Positions 29,729 to 43,915 of a DNA stretch of 64,000 nucleotides are shown one piece after another. A program made the translations under genes and the position numbers. Below the pieces are notes generated by a model. That model worked only from the letters and a program-made list of their open reading frames with translations. It was not told the DNA's origin and ran no database searches. The stretch lies in the NCBI RefSeq assembly GCF_009914755.1, contig NC_060930.1, one strand, 5' to 3'. The stretch is from the human T2T-CHM13v2.0 reference genome, Homo sapiens. Each line of letters starts with the position of its first letter. The stretch's first letter is position 1.

Positions 29729-29842
29729 AGAAAATTTCAGTCTCCAGCCTACAAGTGTTCCGTCTGAGCCCTAAGAAAGATAGTACGAGCAATTGTCACT
29801 TCTGTGCCTTGTCTGAATTCCTAACACTCAGAAACTGTGGAA

Positions 29843-31545
29843 GCAAAAAGAATAAAATACCTAGGAATAGAGCTAACTAAGGAGGTAACAGATCTCTACA
29901 AAGAGAACTGCAAACCACTGATCAAAGAATCAGAGATGACACAAACAAATGGAAAAACATTCCATGCTCATGGATAGAAAAAAATCGATACCATGAAAAT
30001 GGTCACACTGCCCAAAGCAATTTGTAGATTCAATGTTCTTCCCATTAAACTACCAGTGACATTCTTCATAGAAATAGAACTATTTTAAAATTCATATGGA
30101 ACTAAAAAGGAGTCTGAATAGCCAAGACAGTCCTAAGCAAAAAGAACAAAGCTGGAGGGATCTCACAATCCAACTTCAAACTATACTGCAGAGCTACAGT
30201 AATAAAACATCATGGTACTGATACAAGAATAGACACATAGAAAAATAGAAAAGAATAGAGACATCAGAAATAATATTGCACGCCTACAACTATCTGATCT
30301 TTGACAAACCTGACAAAAACAAGCAATGGGGAAATGATTCCCTATTTGATAAATGGTGCTGGGATAACTGGCTAGCCATATGCAGAAGATTGAAACTGGA
30401 CCCTTTCCTTATACCATATACAAAAATTAAGATAGATTAAGACATAAGCTTAAAACCCCAGAAGACAACCTATGCAATACCATTCAGGACATAGGCAGGG
30501 GCAAAGATTTCATGTTGAAGATGAAACAAAAGCAAAAATCGATACACGGACTCTAAAGAACTGCTTCACAGCAAACAAAACTATCAGCAGAGTAAACAGA
30601 CAACCTACAGAATGGGAGAAAATTTTTGCAAACTATGCATCTGACAAAGGTCTAATATCCAGCATCTGTAAGGAACTTAAATTTACAAGAAAACAAAAAA
30701 GTCCCATTAAAAAGTAGGCAAAGGACATGAACAGACACTTATCAAAAGAAGACATACATGTGGCCAATAATCTTACGAAAAAAAGATCAACATCACTGAT
30801 CATTAGAGAAATGCAAATCAAAACCACAATGAGATACCATCTCACACCAGTCAGCATGGCTATTATTAAAAAGTCAAAAAATAACAGATGCTGGTGAGGT
30901 TGTGGAGAAAAAGGAATGCTTCTACACTGTTGGTGGGAATGCAAATTATTTCAACCATTGTGGAAGACTGTGGGGATTCCTCAAAGACCTAAAGACAGAA
31001 ATACCATTCGACCCAGTGATCCTATTCCTCAGAATATACCCAAAGGAATATAAATTGTTCTATTATAAAGATACTACATGTGAATGTTCATTGCAGCACC
31101 ATTCACAATAGCAAAGACATGGAGTCAACCCATATGTCCATCAATGATAAACTGGATAAAGAAAATGTGGTACATATACACCATGGAATACTATCCAGCC
31201 ATAGAAAAGAATGAGATCATGTCCTTAGTAATGACATGGATAGAGCTGGAGGCCATCATCCTCAGCAAACTAACACAGGAACAGAAAACCAAATACCACA
31301 TGTTTTCACTTACAAGTGGGAACTAAAGAATGAGAACACATGGACACCTAGAGGGGAACAACACACTGGGGCCTACTGGAGGGTGGAGCGTGGGAGGATG
31401 GAGAGGATCAGAAAAAATTACTGATGGGTACTAGGCTTAATACTTGGGTGATGAAATAATCTGTACAATAAATCCCCATGACACACATTTTACCTATGTA
31501 ACAAACCTGCACATATACCCTTGAACGTAAAGTTTTTTTAAAAAA
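29843..31545 (+). mobile_element. L1PA (about PA11-13) 3' fragment
   Basis: ORF2 C-terminal fragments and 3'UTR; perfect 13-bp TSD agaaactgtggaa at 29830 and 31546. Confidence 0.9.
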
Positions 31546-31794
31546 AGAAACTGTGGAAAATGGTGAATAATTATTTATACAATGAAGTGTAATTTCTGAT
31601 ATAGCAACAGAAAGTAGAAAATAGGCTTCCTTAGTTTAGTAGCTGCTTCTCCAAACAACACATGCATTGAAGTTTATGGCTGGTCATGGCACTGGGCAGT
31701 TTCCTAACCTACTCAGCCTTACTTGGTCTCCTTTGGATACTGCGGACACTCCCTGAGGGCTGGCTGTGACTTCCATTTAGCCCTATTCCTAATG

Positions 31795-32005
31795 AAAATA
31801 TACATTTTCTAAGGGCTTTATCTGCTTGTTTCATATTGATCCTTTAAACAACCATAAGAGGTTTCTATAACAGGTATTATTAATCCAACTTTAAAATGAC
31901 AAAATAGGTTTACAGAGTCAATGCATCAGGAGACTCCAGTAATAGGTGACATTGTGGGCATTTGACTCCAGATCACCTGACCTTACATTTATTGCTTCTC
32001 CATCT
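31795..32005 (-). mobile_element. MIR
   Basis: caggtattattaatccaactttaaaatgacaaaatagg...tttgactccag. Confidence 0.6.
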
Positions 32006-32205
32006 GTTGCCAATTTGTAATACTTAATATATCAAAATACTGTATTGTGATATAGTAAGGTCCGTGCTACTTGCCTTATTTTTTTCACAGATACAATTTC
32101 TTATCAATAAATTTTCTCATCCATAAATTCTTACCAACTGGACTTTAACAGCTTAAGTAATGAGAGAAAAGCCTTAATAATGTGCATGATTAATAATGGG
32201 TGCAG

Positions 32206-32653
32206 TCACGTATGTTTATTGCGGCACTATTCACAATAGCAAAGACTTGGAACCAACCCAAATGTCCAACAATGATAGACTGGATTAAGAAAATGTGGCA
32301 CATATACACCATGGAATACTATGCAGCCATAAAAAAGGATGAGTTCATGTCCTTTGAAGGGACATGGATGAAATTGGAAATCATCATTCTCAGTAAACTA
32401 TCGCAAGGACAAAAAACCAAACACCGCATGTTCTCACTCATAGATGGGAATTGAACAATGAGAACACATGGACACAGGAAGGGGAACATCACACTCTGGG
32501 GACTGTTGTGGGGTGGAGGGAGTAGGGAGGGATAGCATTAGGAGATATACCTAATGCTAAATGATGAGTTGATGGGTGCAGCACACCAGCATGGCACATG
32601 TATACATATGTAACTAACCTGCACATTATGCACATGTACCCTAAAACTTAAAG

Positions 32654-32687
<34 letters not shown>

Positions 32688-32698
32688 TCAAAAAAGAA
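32206..32698 (+). mobile_element. L1PA3-like 3' end with (TAA)n tail
   Basis: ORF2 C-terminus MFIAALFTIAKTWNQPKCP; TSD taataatgggtgcag (32191) / taataaggggtgcag (32699). Confidence 0.93.
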
Positions 32699-32924
32699 TA
32701 ATAAGGGGTGCAGAATTTGCACTTCTAAGAGTTTATCTCAAGAAAATAATGAGGAGTGTGTAAAAATATTTAGTTTAAGAATGTTTGAGGACTAAAACAT
32801 CAACATTTCAAAAATAGTTTGATAACTAAATCAATTATGATCCAATGCAGATATCAAAATGAATGATGAGTGTCTTTGACAACATATCAATAAGTTAAAA
32901 GGTTTATAAAGCATTATATAGGAC

Positions 32925-33095
32925 TTAGACGAGAGGAAATAAAGAGTTGTTTAATGTATATAGAGTTTCAGTTTTGCAAGATGGTTCTGCAGACTGGTTG
33001 CACAAAAGTGTGAATGCATTTTAACACTACTGAACAGTACATTTTAAAATGGTTAAGATATTTTGTTATGTGCATTTTACTACAACTTAAAAATG
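32925..33095 (+). mobile_element. L1MB 3' end fragment
   Basis: agagtttcagttttgcaagatg...actactgaac...aaaatggttaagat. Confidence 0.7.
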
Positions 33096-34234
33096 TATAT
33101 ACTGCATTACATCAGTTTTGCTATGTATCTATATCTACATACATAAAATTCAGAGGTATGTCTGCCAAAATACTAGCAAATATTTTCTCTGACATTGAGA
33201 ATATAGATTGCATCTTCTTCTTCATTTTGGTTTTCTCTATTTCATATGACATCTATTAATTGTGTATTAATAAAACAACCATGGAGATATTTTAGAAAGT
33301 AAAAAAAAAAATTTCTATGAAGAAAACAATTCTGTGTTTGAAGGCTCTAATTTGTTAGAAAGGTCTTCCTAAGTTATATTTGTGAGCATAAAGCTGGTTC
33401 TCAGTATTGCTTTGTTTTCCTTTTAGTGTCCCTAGAATCTGTGGTGATGACTCCTCTTTCATTTCTGATGTTAGTAATTTGTAGCTTCTTTCTTTTGTGT
33501 TACTCTGTTTAGAAGTGTATCAGTTGTATTGATCTTTTCAGAACCAGCTAATTTTTTTGTTTTTCTCTATTTTTTCTTACCATTAATTTCTCTGATTTTT
33601 ATTATTTCTTTGCTTCTGTTTGCTTTAGACTTCAACTGATCTTCTTTGTGTTTTTTCCTAAAGTGGAATCTTCGATATTTCTTTTTTAAATATGTGAGTC
33701 TATAGATTTTTCTCCAAGCACTGCTTTTGCTGCATATGACAAATTTTGATACATTGTATTTTTATTTTCATTTAGTTCAAAATACTTTTTAATTTCTTTT
33801 GATACTTTCTTCACTCATGTGTTATTTAAAAGTAGGTTCTTTGTTCTACAAATACTTGGATAATACACTAGCTTTCCTTTTGCTATTGATTTGGAATTAA
33901 TTCCACTGGGTATGAAATACATACTTTGTAATATTTCAATTCTTCTATATTTGTTAAGGTGAATTTTAAGGTCCAGGTTTTGGTAAATCTTAATAAATGT
34001 TCCACGCCAGCTTGAGAAGTATATGTATTCTGCTGTTATTAAATCAAATATTCTATAAATGTCAGATCAAGTCAATTAACTGTTTTGTTCAAGTCAAATA
34101 AATCCTACTGATTTCAGCCTGTTTGATTTATCCATTACTGAAAGAGCAATTTTGAAATCTCCAACTATGAAAGTGGATTTGTCTATTTTTCTTTGCATGT
34201 TTTACCAGTTTTTGTGTCGCATTTTTTTTCTACC

Positions 34235-34361
34235 TTTTTTTTTTTTGAGACAAGGTCTCACTAAGTTGCTCAGGCTGGCTTCAAACTCTTGAGCTCAAGT
34301 AATTCTCCTGCCTCAACCTCCTGAGTAGCTGGGATTTCAGGTGTGTGCCACCACAGCTGTC
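34235..34361 (-). mobile_element. FLAM (Alu monomer)
   Basis: Single Alu arm with poly-T. Confidence 0.8.
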
Positions 34362-35355
34362 TTACATGGTTTTAATGACCTATTGTTAAATGCACTTGTA
34401 TTAAGAATTACTATGTCTTCTTGGAGAATTGACTCCTTTATTATTGTGTAATACCCTTCTTTATCTCGGATAATTTTGCTTGTTCTGAAGTCTGCTGTGT
34501 CTGAAATTAATATAAGTATTTCAGCTTTCTTTTGTTAGTGTTAGAGTGCTAAATCTTTATCCAACCCTTTATTTTTACTATATCTGTATCATTATATTTA
34601 AGGTAAGTCTCCTGGAGTCAACAAATACTTGGGTCTTTTTGTTTGTTTGCTTACTTGTTTGTTTTTAATTCACTCAGACACTCTACATCTTTTAAATGGT
34701 ATGTTTGGATGACTCACATTTGGTATAATGATTGATATAGTTGGACTAATATCTACTATATTTGTGACTTTTTTCCATTTGTTTTGTTTCTATTTTTTTT
34801 TTTGTCTTTCACTATTTTTCTGCTTTCTCTGGTTTTAATTGAGCGTTTTATATGGCTATATTTTCTCTATTCTCTTAGTATATCAGTTATACATGCTACT
34901 TAATAAAAAATTAATGGTTGCTCTACATTATACATTTTGAATGAATCTTAATCCACTTTCGAATAACACTATTCTGCTTCACATTTCATGCAGATATCTT
35001 TTAATAGAGTATTCCCAATTCCTCCTCGTCACTGCTGGCCTTACTGTCACTCATTTACTTAACCATGTGTCAAAATCGCACAACACATTATTATTATTAC
35101 TTTTATTATTATTACTATTACTCCTTTAAACAGTTATCTTTTAGACCAACTAAGAATAAGAAAAGTAAAATATTTTCTCTTATGTTCATTTCTTCTTCTC
35201 CGAAGTTCTTCCTTTCTTTATGTAGATCCTCATTTCTGACCTATATACTTCCTTCTCCCTGAAGCATCATTTCTTTTAACATTTCTTGCAAGGCAGGTCT
35301 GGTCTGCTTGTTTGTTTGTGTTTTCTGAGAAAGACTTTAGCTCTCCTTCATATAG

Positions 35356-35503
35356 ATAATTTATCTGGATGGAGAATCCTATCCTGGTATGGTCTCCCGC
35401 CCCCTCCACCCCACATCTTAGGACTTTAAATAATTTATCTGGATGGAGAATCCTATCCTGGTATGGTCTCCCGCCCCCTCCACCCCACATCTTAGGACTT
35501 TAA
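35356..35503. repeat. Perfect 2 x 74-bp tandem duplication
   Basis: 35356-35429 identical to 35430-35503. Confidence 0.97.
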
Positions 35504-37479
35504 ATATTTTATTCTACTCTCTTTCTGTGTGTATGGCTTCAGATGAAAGTCTGTTGAAATTCTTTTCCTCAATCCTCTATAAGTAGGTATCTCCCCACCT
35601 TCCACTCCACTCCACCCCACCCCTTGCCAGCTTCTTTCAATATTTTCTGTTATCTTTCGTGTTCTGCAATTTAACATGATGTGCCTAGGTGTAATTTCTG
35701 TGGGTGTGTTTATCCTGCTTATTATTCTCAGAGCTTCCTGCATCTGCTATAATTCTTATCCTTGTTCCTCTGTAAGTAAAGTATTTTTCTCCTACCTTCT
35801 TTTAAGATTTTTACTTTGTCTTTGATTTACTGCCATTTGAATATAATATGCCTACCTACAGATTTTTGTGGTATTTGTCCTTCTTAATATTCTCTGAGCT
35901 TCTGAGATCTATGCTTTGATATCTGTAATTAATTTTGGAAAATTTTTGGCCAATATTACTTCAAACATTTCTTTGCCTCTGTTCTCTTCCTTCTCCTTCT
36001 GGTATTCCAATTATGTGTATTTATACCTTTTTTGATTGTCCTCCCATTCTTGGATATTCAGTTCTGTTTTTTTTTGTTTGTTTGTTTTTGGTTGTTGTTC
36101 TTTGCATTTCAATTTGGGAAATTTCTCTTGGTGTGTCCTTAACCTCACTCATTCTGCATCTATTTCCAGTCTACTGATAAGCCCTCCAAAGACATCTTAA
36201 TTTCTCTTATTGTTTTGATTTGTAGTATTTTCTTTTGATTCTTAGTTTCCATCTCACTACTAAATTAGCCATCTCTTCACATATATTGACTATTTTTTCT
36301 TTAGAGGTCTTAAAATATTATAGTTATTTTAAATTCTCTGTGTGATAATTCCAAAATCTGTGTCATATCTGAGAATTCTTCTCTTTGCTTTGTCTTCTCT
36401 GCTTGTATTTTTTCTTGCCTTTTAGCATGTCTTTTAATTTTTCACTGATAACCACACATGATGTATTAGATAATAGGAATTGAGTAAATAGACTTTAGCA
36501 TAAGGTTTTAAGTTGATCTGTCTAGGAGTTAGACTGTTTTTAATGTTTGTTGTAGCTGCAAGTGCCAGGGTCTTCAAATTACTCTAGTGCCCTTGCTTTT
36601 TTCTCTCCTCCTGTCTTTGGAATTTTCTGAGAGCCTCTTCTTAAATACAGTCTGTGTCTTGCAGATCTTTCAGCTTTAATCCACTGTGATTGTATTGGAG
36701 CTCTTTTAATACAGTGGTAAGGTATAGGGAAGGGGAAGATTCTACAGCATAATCTTATAATTAAATCTCAGTTTGTTACTAGATCTGTGTCCATGGGTTG
36801 TGACTTTTACAAGTGTTTATTGTAAAAAACACACTTATAAAGAGTCAATAAGAGGGGAAATGTCTTCCTTCCAGATGGGTAAGGATCTGATAAAGTATTT
36901 TTCCATGAAGAATACACCTTCATTATGGAGAATTCTCAGGATGCACTTCACAAAGATGAATTTTCCTCTCTCTCAGAGACACAAGGGAGTCTTTCTGGTT
37001 CTTTGCTCTGAGGACCTGGTGGGTTTCCTGGAGGTAAAATGCATGAAAGTGTAGTGGTGCCTCTAAAACTGTGGCCCCAGGAGTTTCTTACTCTCACACT
37101 GGGTCAAACTCAGCCTCCAGCAATTTATCAAAATTACCATTGAAGTGTTCCCAGCAGTTTATAGTTCCTGATTTTCTGCTCCAAGTAAGCAGATATCTGC
37201 TGTGTCTCTCTGGGTATGCCTTTCTCTTTAGATTTTGTCCTACAACCTCCGTATCCTGTTGGGGCCAAAACGAGTTTTTGATTTTCAACTTTTAGCTTTT
37301 TCTAATGGTAAGATCAGAGCTGAAACTAGAGGTCTCCTGGTGATTTTTTTATAGATCATTTACTTATTTTGAATTTTAACTAATGCTTGCCTGTGTTTTA
37401 CTTTCTATAGTTTCAAAAGGTTTGTTCTTGTCTGGGAAGTACGCAATAGAAGTCTAATATTCTCTTTTTCCTTTGCTTT

Positions 37480-39720
37480 TTAAAAATCTTTTTCTTGTAT
37501 TTCAATAGGTTTTTGGGTAACATGTGATGTTTGGCTACATGGATAAATTATTTAGTGGTGATTTCTGAGATTTTGCTGCACCCATCATCCAAGCAGTGTA
37601 CCCTGTACCCAATGTCCAGTCTTTTATGCCTCACCCCCCTCCCACTCTTGCCCCAAAGTCCCCAAAGTTCATTGTATCATTCTTATGCTTTTGCATCCTC
37701 ATAGCTTAGCTCCCACTTACAAGTAAGGACATACAATGTTTGATTTTCCATTCCTGAGCAATGGTCTCCCCTTCCATGTAGGTTGCTGCAAATGCCATTA
37801 TTTTGTTCTTCTTTATAGCTGAGTAGTATTCCATTTTATATGTGTATATATATAAACATACATACACATATATATTCATATATATATACACACACACACA
37901 CCCCACAGTTTCTTTATCAAACCCTTGTTGATTGATGGACATTTGAGCTCATTCCATATTTTTGCAATTGCAAGTTGTGCTGCTATAAACATTGTGTACA
38001 AGTATCTCTTTCGTATAATGACTTATTTTTCTCTAGGTAGATATAGTAGTGGGATTGCTGGATCAAATGGTAGATCTACTTTTAGTTTTTTGGTTTTTTT
38101 TTTTTTTTTAAGGAATCTCCATACTGTTTTCCATAGTAATGTACTAGTTTACATTCCCACCAGCAGTGTAAAAGTGTTACCTTTTTACCACATCCACATC
38201 AACATCTATTTTTTGATTTGTTGATTACGGCCATTCTTGCAGGAGTAAGGTGCTATCACATTGTGGTTTTGATTTGTATTTCCCTGATAATTAATGATAT
38301 TGAGAAGTTTTTCATGGTTTTTGTTTTTGGCCATTTGTATATCTTCTTTTTTAATTTTTTTTTTTATTATACTTGAAGTCCTGGGATACATGTGCAGAAC
38401 ATGTAGGTTTGTTACATAGGTATACACGTGCCATGGTGGTTTGCTATGCCCATCAACCCGTCATCTACATTAGGTGTTTCTCCTAATGTTATCCCTGCCC
38501 TAGCCACCCACCCCCAGACAGGCCCTGATGTGTGATGTTCCCCTCCCTGTGTCCATGTATTCTCATTGTTCAACTTCCACTTTAGAGTTAGAACCTGCAG
38601 TGTTTGGTTTTCTGTCCTTGTGATAGTTTGCTGAGAATGATGGTTTCCATCTTCATCTGTGTCTCTGCAAAGGACATGAATGCTTCCTTTTTTATGGCTG
38701 CATAGTATTCCATGGTGTATATGTGCCACATTTTCTTTATCCAGCCTAACATTGATGGGCATTTGGGTTGGTTCCAAGTCTTTGCTATTGTGAACAGTGC
38801 TGCAATAAACATGAGTGTGCATGTGTCTTTATAGTAGAATGATTTATAATCCTTTGGGTATATACTTCTCTTGAGAATTGTCTATTAATGTTCTTAGCCC
38901 ACTTTTTGATGGTATTGTTTGTTTTTTTTCCTTGATAATTTGAGTTCCTTGTAGATTCTGAATATTAATCGTTTGTTAGATGCATAGTTTGTGAAGATTT
39001 TTACAAACCATTTACTCCGCTGATTATTTCTTTTGCTCTTTTTTTTCTGTTTACTCTGCTGATTATTTCTTTTTCTGTGTAGAAGATTTTCAGTTTAATT
39101 AAGTCCCATTTATTTACCTTTGCTTTTGTTGCATTTGCTTTTGGGTTCTTGGTCATGAAGTCTTTGCCTAAGTGAATGTCTACAAGGGTTTTTCCAACGT
39201 TATCTTCTAGAATTTTTATGGTTTCAGGTCTTAGATTTAAGTCTTTGACCCATGTTGAGTTGATTTTCATATAAGGTGAGAGATGATGATCCAGCTTCAT
39301 TCTTCTACATGTGGCTTGCCAATTATCCCAGTACCATTTGTTGAAAAGAGTGGCCTTTCCCCACTTTATATTTTTTGTTTTTGTTTGCTTTGTTGAAGTT
39401 CAGTGTACTGTAAGTATATTGCTTTATTTCTGGGTTCTCTATTCTGTTTCATTGGTCTATGTGCCTATTTTTATACCAGTACCATGCTATTTTAGTGACT
39501 GTAGCCTTACAGTGTAGTTTAAAGTTAGACTTGTTCTTTTTGCTTAGTCTTGCTTTGGCTATGTGGGCTCTTTTTTGGTTCCATATGAATTTTAGGATTG
39601 TTTTTTCTAAACAATCTTTCTGTGAAGAATGGTGGTGGTTTTTGATAGGAATTGCATTGAATTTGTAGATTGCTTTTGACAGCATGGTCATTTTCACAAT
39701 ATTGATTCTTGCTATCCCAG
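37480..39720 (-). mobile_element. L1PB 3' portion
   Basis: L1PB 3'UTR (ttcttatgcttttgcatcctcatagcttagc); ORF2 fragments 39001-39697; (TA)/(CA) run 37837-37900. Confidence 0.88.
38351..38865 (-). mobile_element. Nested L1PA6/7-like 3' end
   Basis: ttattatacttgaagtcctgggatacatgtgcagaac 3'UTR; host resumes ttctcttgagaattg. Confidence 0.88.
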
Positions 39721-39830
39721 TCAGTGTTGTATCTAAGTCTTGTAAAGCATCTTTCCATAGGTCTTCAGAAGTCTGTTGGTAGATTTAGGTGTCCAAACTC
39801 ATTGCACACCTTTGCTGCCTTTACCACTGC

Positions 39831-40600
39831 TGTGTTATAATATATATTGGTTTTCATTCATGTTTCCTGGTTCATAACAGATATAGCCCTTGTTACAGTC
39901 TTTTATTACAATGTTGAGTGTGTTGGGTCTCAGGGGCAGGCCTCAAGAAACAGAATCTCCTGTTTTCCTCTCACTTGCTCCAAGGCAGGACTCTAATCTT
40001 CCCCCACCTTTCTGATTGTAAGACTTAAGATCCTTCAGAGAGGGTCCCATCCTGTACACTTAGGGAAGGAATGCTGACATCATGAAGCTTCATAAGAACC
40101 CAAGAGACTGGGTTCAGAGAGCTTCGGCATATCTGAACGTGTGGAGGTTCCTGGAGGGTGACGCACCTGGGGAGGGCATGAAAGCCCCATGTTCCTTTCC
40201 CTATCCCTTTAAAATATCCTCCTTAATAAGCCAGTAAACATAAGAAAGTGTTCCCCTGAGTTTTGTGAGCCCCTCTACCAAATTAATTGGATTCACAAAG
40301 AGGATTGTGGGAACCCCAACTTGAAGCCAGTTGGTCAGAAGTTCTGGAGGCCCAGACTTGTGACTGGGGGAAAGAAAGGGGTTCTCTTGTGAGGCTGAGC
40401 TCAACCTGTGGGATCTGACACTATCTCCAACTAGGTAGTATTGGAACTGAATTGAAGAACACCCAGTTTTTGTCTTCTGTGTGGTGTGTAGGGGACAACC
40501 TCCTATACCTTTAGTTACAGAAGTCTTCTATGTTGATAATTGTTGTGATGGTATGAGAGCAGAAGAAAAACACGGTGGGAGAGAGTTTTTTCCCTACACA
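39831..40600 (+). mobile_element. MER21-like solo LTR (ERVL)
   Basis: TG...CA ends, ggaggttcctggagggtg and ttgaagccagttggtcagaagt motifs; near-TSD actgc/actac. Confidence 0.8.
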
Positions 40601-42059
40601 ACTACTGATTCTCAAATTCTCGTAAGATAAAGTCAGAAATAAATTACAATAATGGATAAATCTAATGCTCATTTCTTTTAAAATATGCCATAGAGTCCTA
40701 GCATACACAGTGCCACATATCATACTTGTATCTGAACATGCAGCTTGACTGCAGGTCCTTAGATCCAGTGTAAATATCCTCCTAAGCTCAGGTGTTGTGG
40801 GACTCCAATTTCTTGCTTCATTGCTTTAAACCAGATATGTCCCAAAGCCTCAACTAGTAGGTCACAAATGTATATGGTAAAAATTTATTTTTATGGTGTA
40901 TCTTTATCTTAAATATGGAATGATGGAAAACTTTATGAATAAGATAATTAGATATCTGAGGTTTAGTGAAGTTGATTGAAAAGATTTTAAAGATTTTGAG
41001 CTTTAGCCACATACTTCCAAGAGGAGTTGTAACTGCCCCATCCAGTTTTTCAAGTTCAGTGTCTTTTCTTCTTCATATTATACACATAACTTAAAAGGCA
41101 ATTATTGCCAAATTTAACTTTAATATCATTTTTCTTTTGTGTGGCAACATTAATCTTATTCCAGATTATTATTCTTATGCTTTCCTTCTGGACTTTCACA
41201 TCATTCCTCTGTTATCACATTCCTTCCTAATGATCTTTTATAGGTGTCCTTTAAAAGTCTAAGCTCATCGGTCCCATGGGATTTCCCTATTTGTCTTTTT
41301 TATATGTACCCCAGTGTTTCTCTCAGATTCTTTTTTTTTTTAACTGAATTATTTTTTCCTTTTTCCTTGAAGAGTTTCTTAGTCTTGAATTACTTTCCGT
41401 TTTGGTGTCTCAGGTCATGAGTTCAGATGTACTTTCTCAAGTTTTTTCCTTTTTTAAAAAAATTTTGTCTAAAGTCAGGCCCAGAGTGAGAATTAGAGTA
41501 ACATTGTGCTATTTCTGTATAAAGTAAATAGAAACTGGCTGTTTTAAAGAAAGGAGCAAGATGAAGCTAGAGTAAATGTTGTCATTGCCTAATTGCCATA
41601 TGTAATATTTTCTTGATTGGTTTAGCACAGGGTTTTTATAGAAAATGGTGTTTTCTCTGATTTTTAATTCTATTTGTGAAATATATTAACAGATGAAAGC
41701 AGCAACAGAATGACCTCCGATATGGAAAAATATCAGGGATTCTGGATTCCTGGGAGAGTAAGAAGTTTGAATTATTTAAGGTTTTAGGTATAATAAGCAG
41801 ATTATATATACTTAGAGATTTTTGACAGCTGACTCGGGTCAAAAGATTACACAAGGAAGTTCTGGAATATTAAAGCTTGAAGGATTTCTAGAGTTCATGT
41901 AAGAACAAAATCTTCTGTAGATAGGAAAAACTAAGAGACCATTTGCAAAAATGCCAGATTAATTCCAGGTGTCAGTTTATTATAACTAGGTAGTTTGTGC
42001 CTTTCAATCAAACTCTATATTTTTATAAAATAAGGTGATTGTTATGAAATATATAATTT

Positions 42060-42532
42060 ATGCAATTGAGTGACTTCAAGTTTACCAAAATACAGGTTGA
42101 TCAAGCAAAGCTAGGTTTATTCCTACCACCATCAGAGGAACACCATTTTGACAGCCTTAAAACTTTCTCCAAAGGGGTGTAGTGGTCAAGAAGGATATTT
42201 ATAGGGTGTAAAGGCCTGAGCTAGAAATTTAAAGCCCAGTTTAAAAGCAAGAGCTGATCGGGATTTAGCAGATTTTATCACATAGTAGCTTGGACTTCTG
42301 AGCACAATAAGGGAAGAGTCTTCAAATAGTAAAAGCTGTTAGTCTTGATAAATTAGCTTTTTTTTTTGGTTAGTTCACAAACATATTCTTAGTGCAAATA
42401 TTCCTTGAAGTAAGTAGCTAAATTATTTTTGCTTAATTCCAGTGTTTTTTAGCATAGAAATGGTAACGTATACCCGGTCCCAATATAATTTAACACAGAG
42501 ACCAAATTATATTTATTTTAGTTCTCACTACA
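42060..42532 (-). mobile_element. Old solo LTR (LTR78-like, uncertain)
   Basis: Reverse-strand LTR layout (tttatt signal, tatttatagg TATA, ends ...ctaca). Confidence 0.4.
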
Positions 42533-42552
42533 TTCTCGAGAGTTGCTGTACT

Positions 42553-42718
42553 CCAGTAGTTCTCAAGCTGAGCTACACATCAGAATCATGTATGCCACTC
42601 TAAATATTTACAGGTGTAAAGGCTCCCCTGAAGATATTCATTCAGTAAGAAAGGCTTCTGTATGCTTACAAATCTCCATACTTTATTCTAATAAGAAACC
42701 AGAGTTGAGAATTTCCAG
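42553..42718. mobile_element. MER5-like hAT MITE
   Basis: cagtagttctcaa ... gttgagaatttccag termini. Confidence 0.55.
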
Positions 42719-42787
42719 ATATTGCATAAACCTTAGGCATGGCTTAGAGTTAACTCATGGGTCATGGAGGCAAACCAGCCACTATAG

Positions 42788-43915
<1,128 letters not shown>

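Larger units (their letters stand above)
28975..31621 (+). mobile_element. MLT1G/H-like LTR split into three pieces (28975-29380, 29747-29842, 31559-31621)
   Basis: MLT1 motifs (tagaatgtggtggag, tgtctgaattcctaac, terminal tagcaacagaaag) remain collinear across two insertions. Confidence 0.7.
33390..37330 (-). mobile_element. Old L1M (L1MC/MD-type) ORF2-5'/ORF1/5'UTR relic
   Basis: T-rich antisense L1; ORF1-like peptide TPRHIMLN at 35492-35743. Confidence 0.75.

Noticed and set aside
35356-35503. CRISPR-like or minisatellite array
   Set aside because: Only two abutting copies, no spacers, eukaryotic context.
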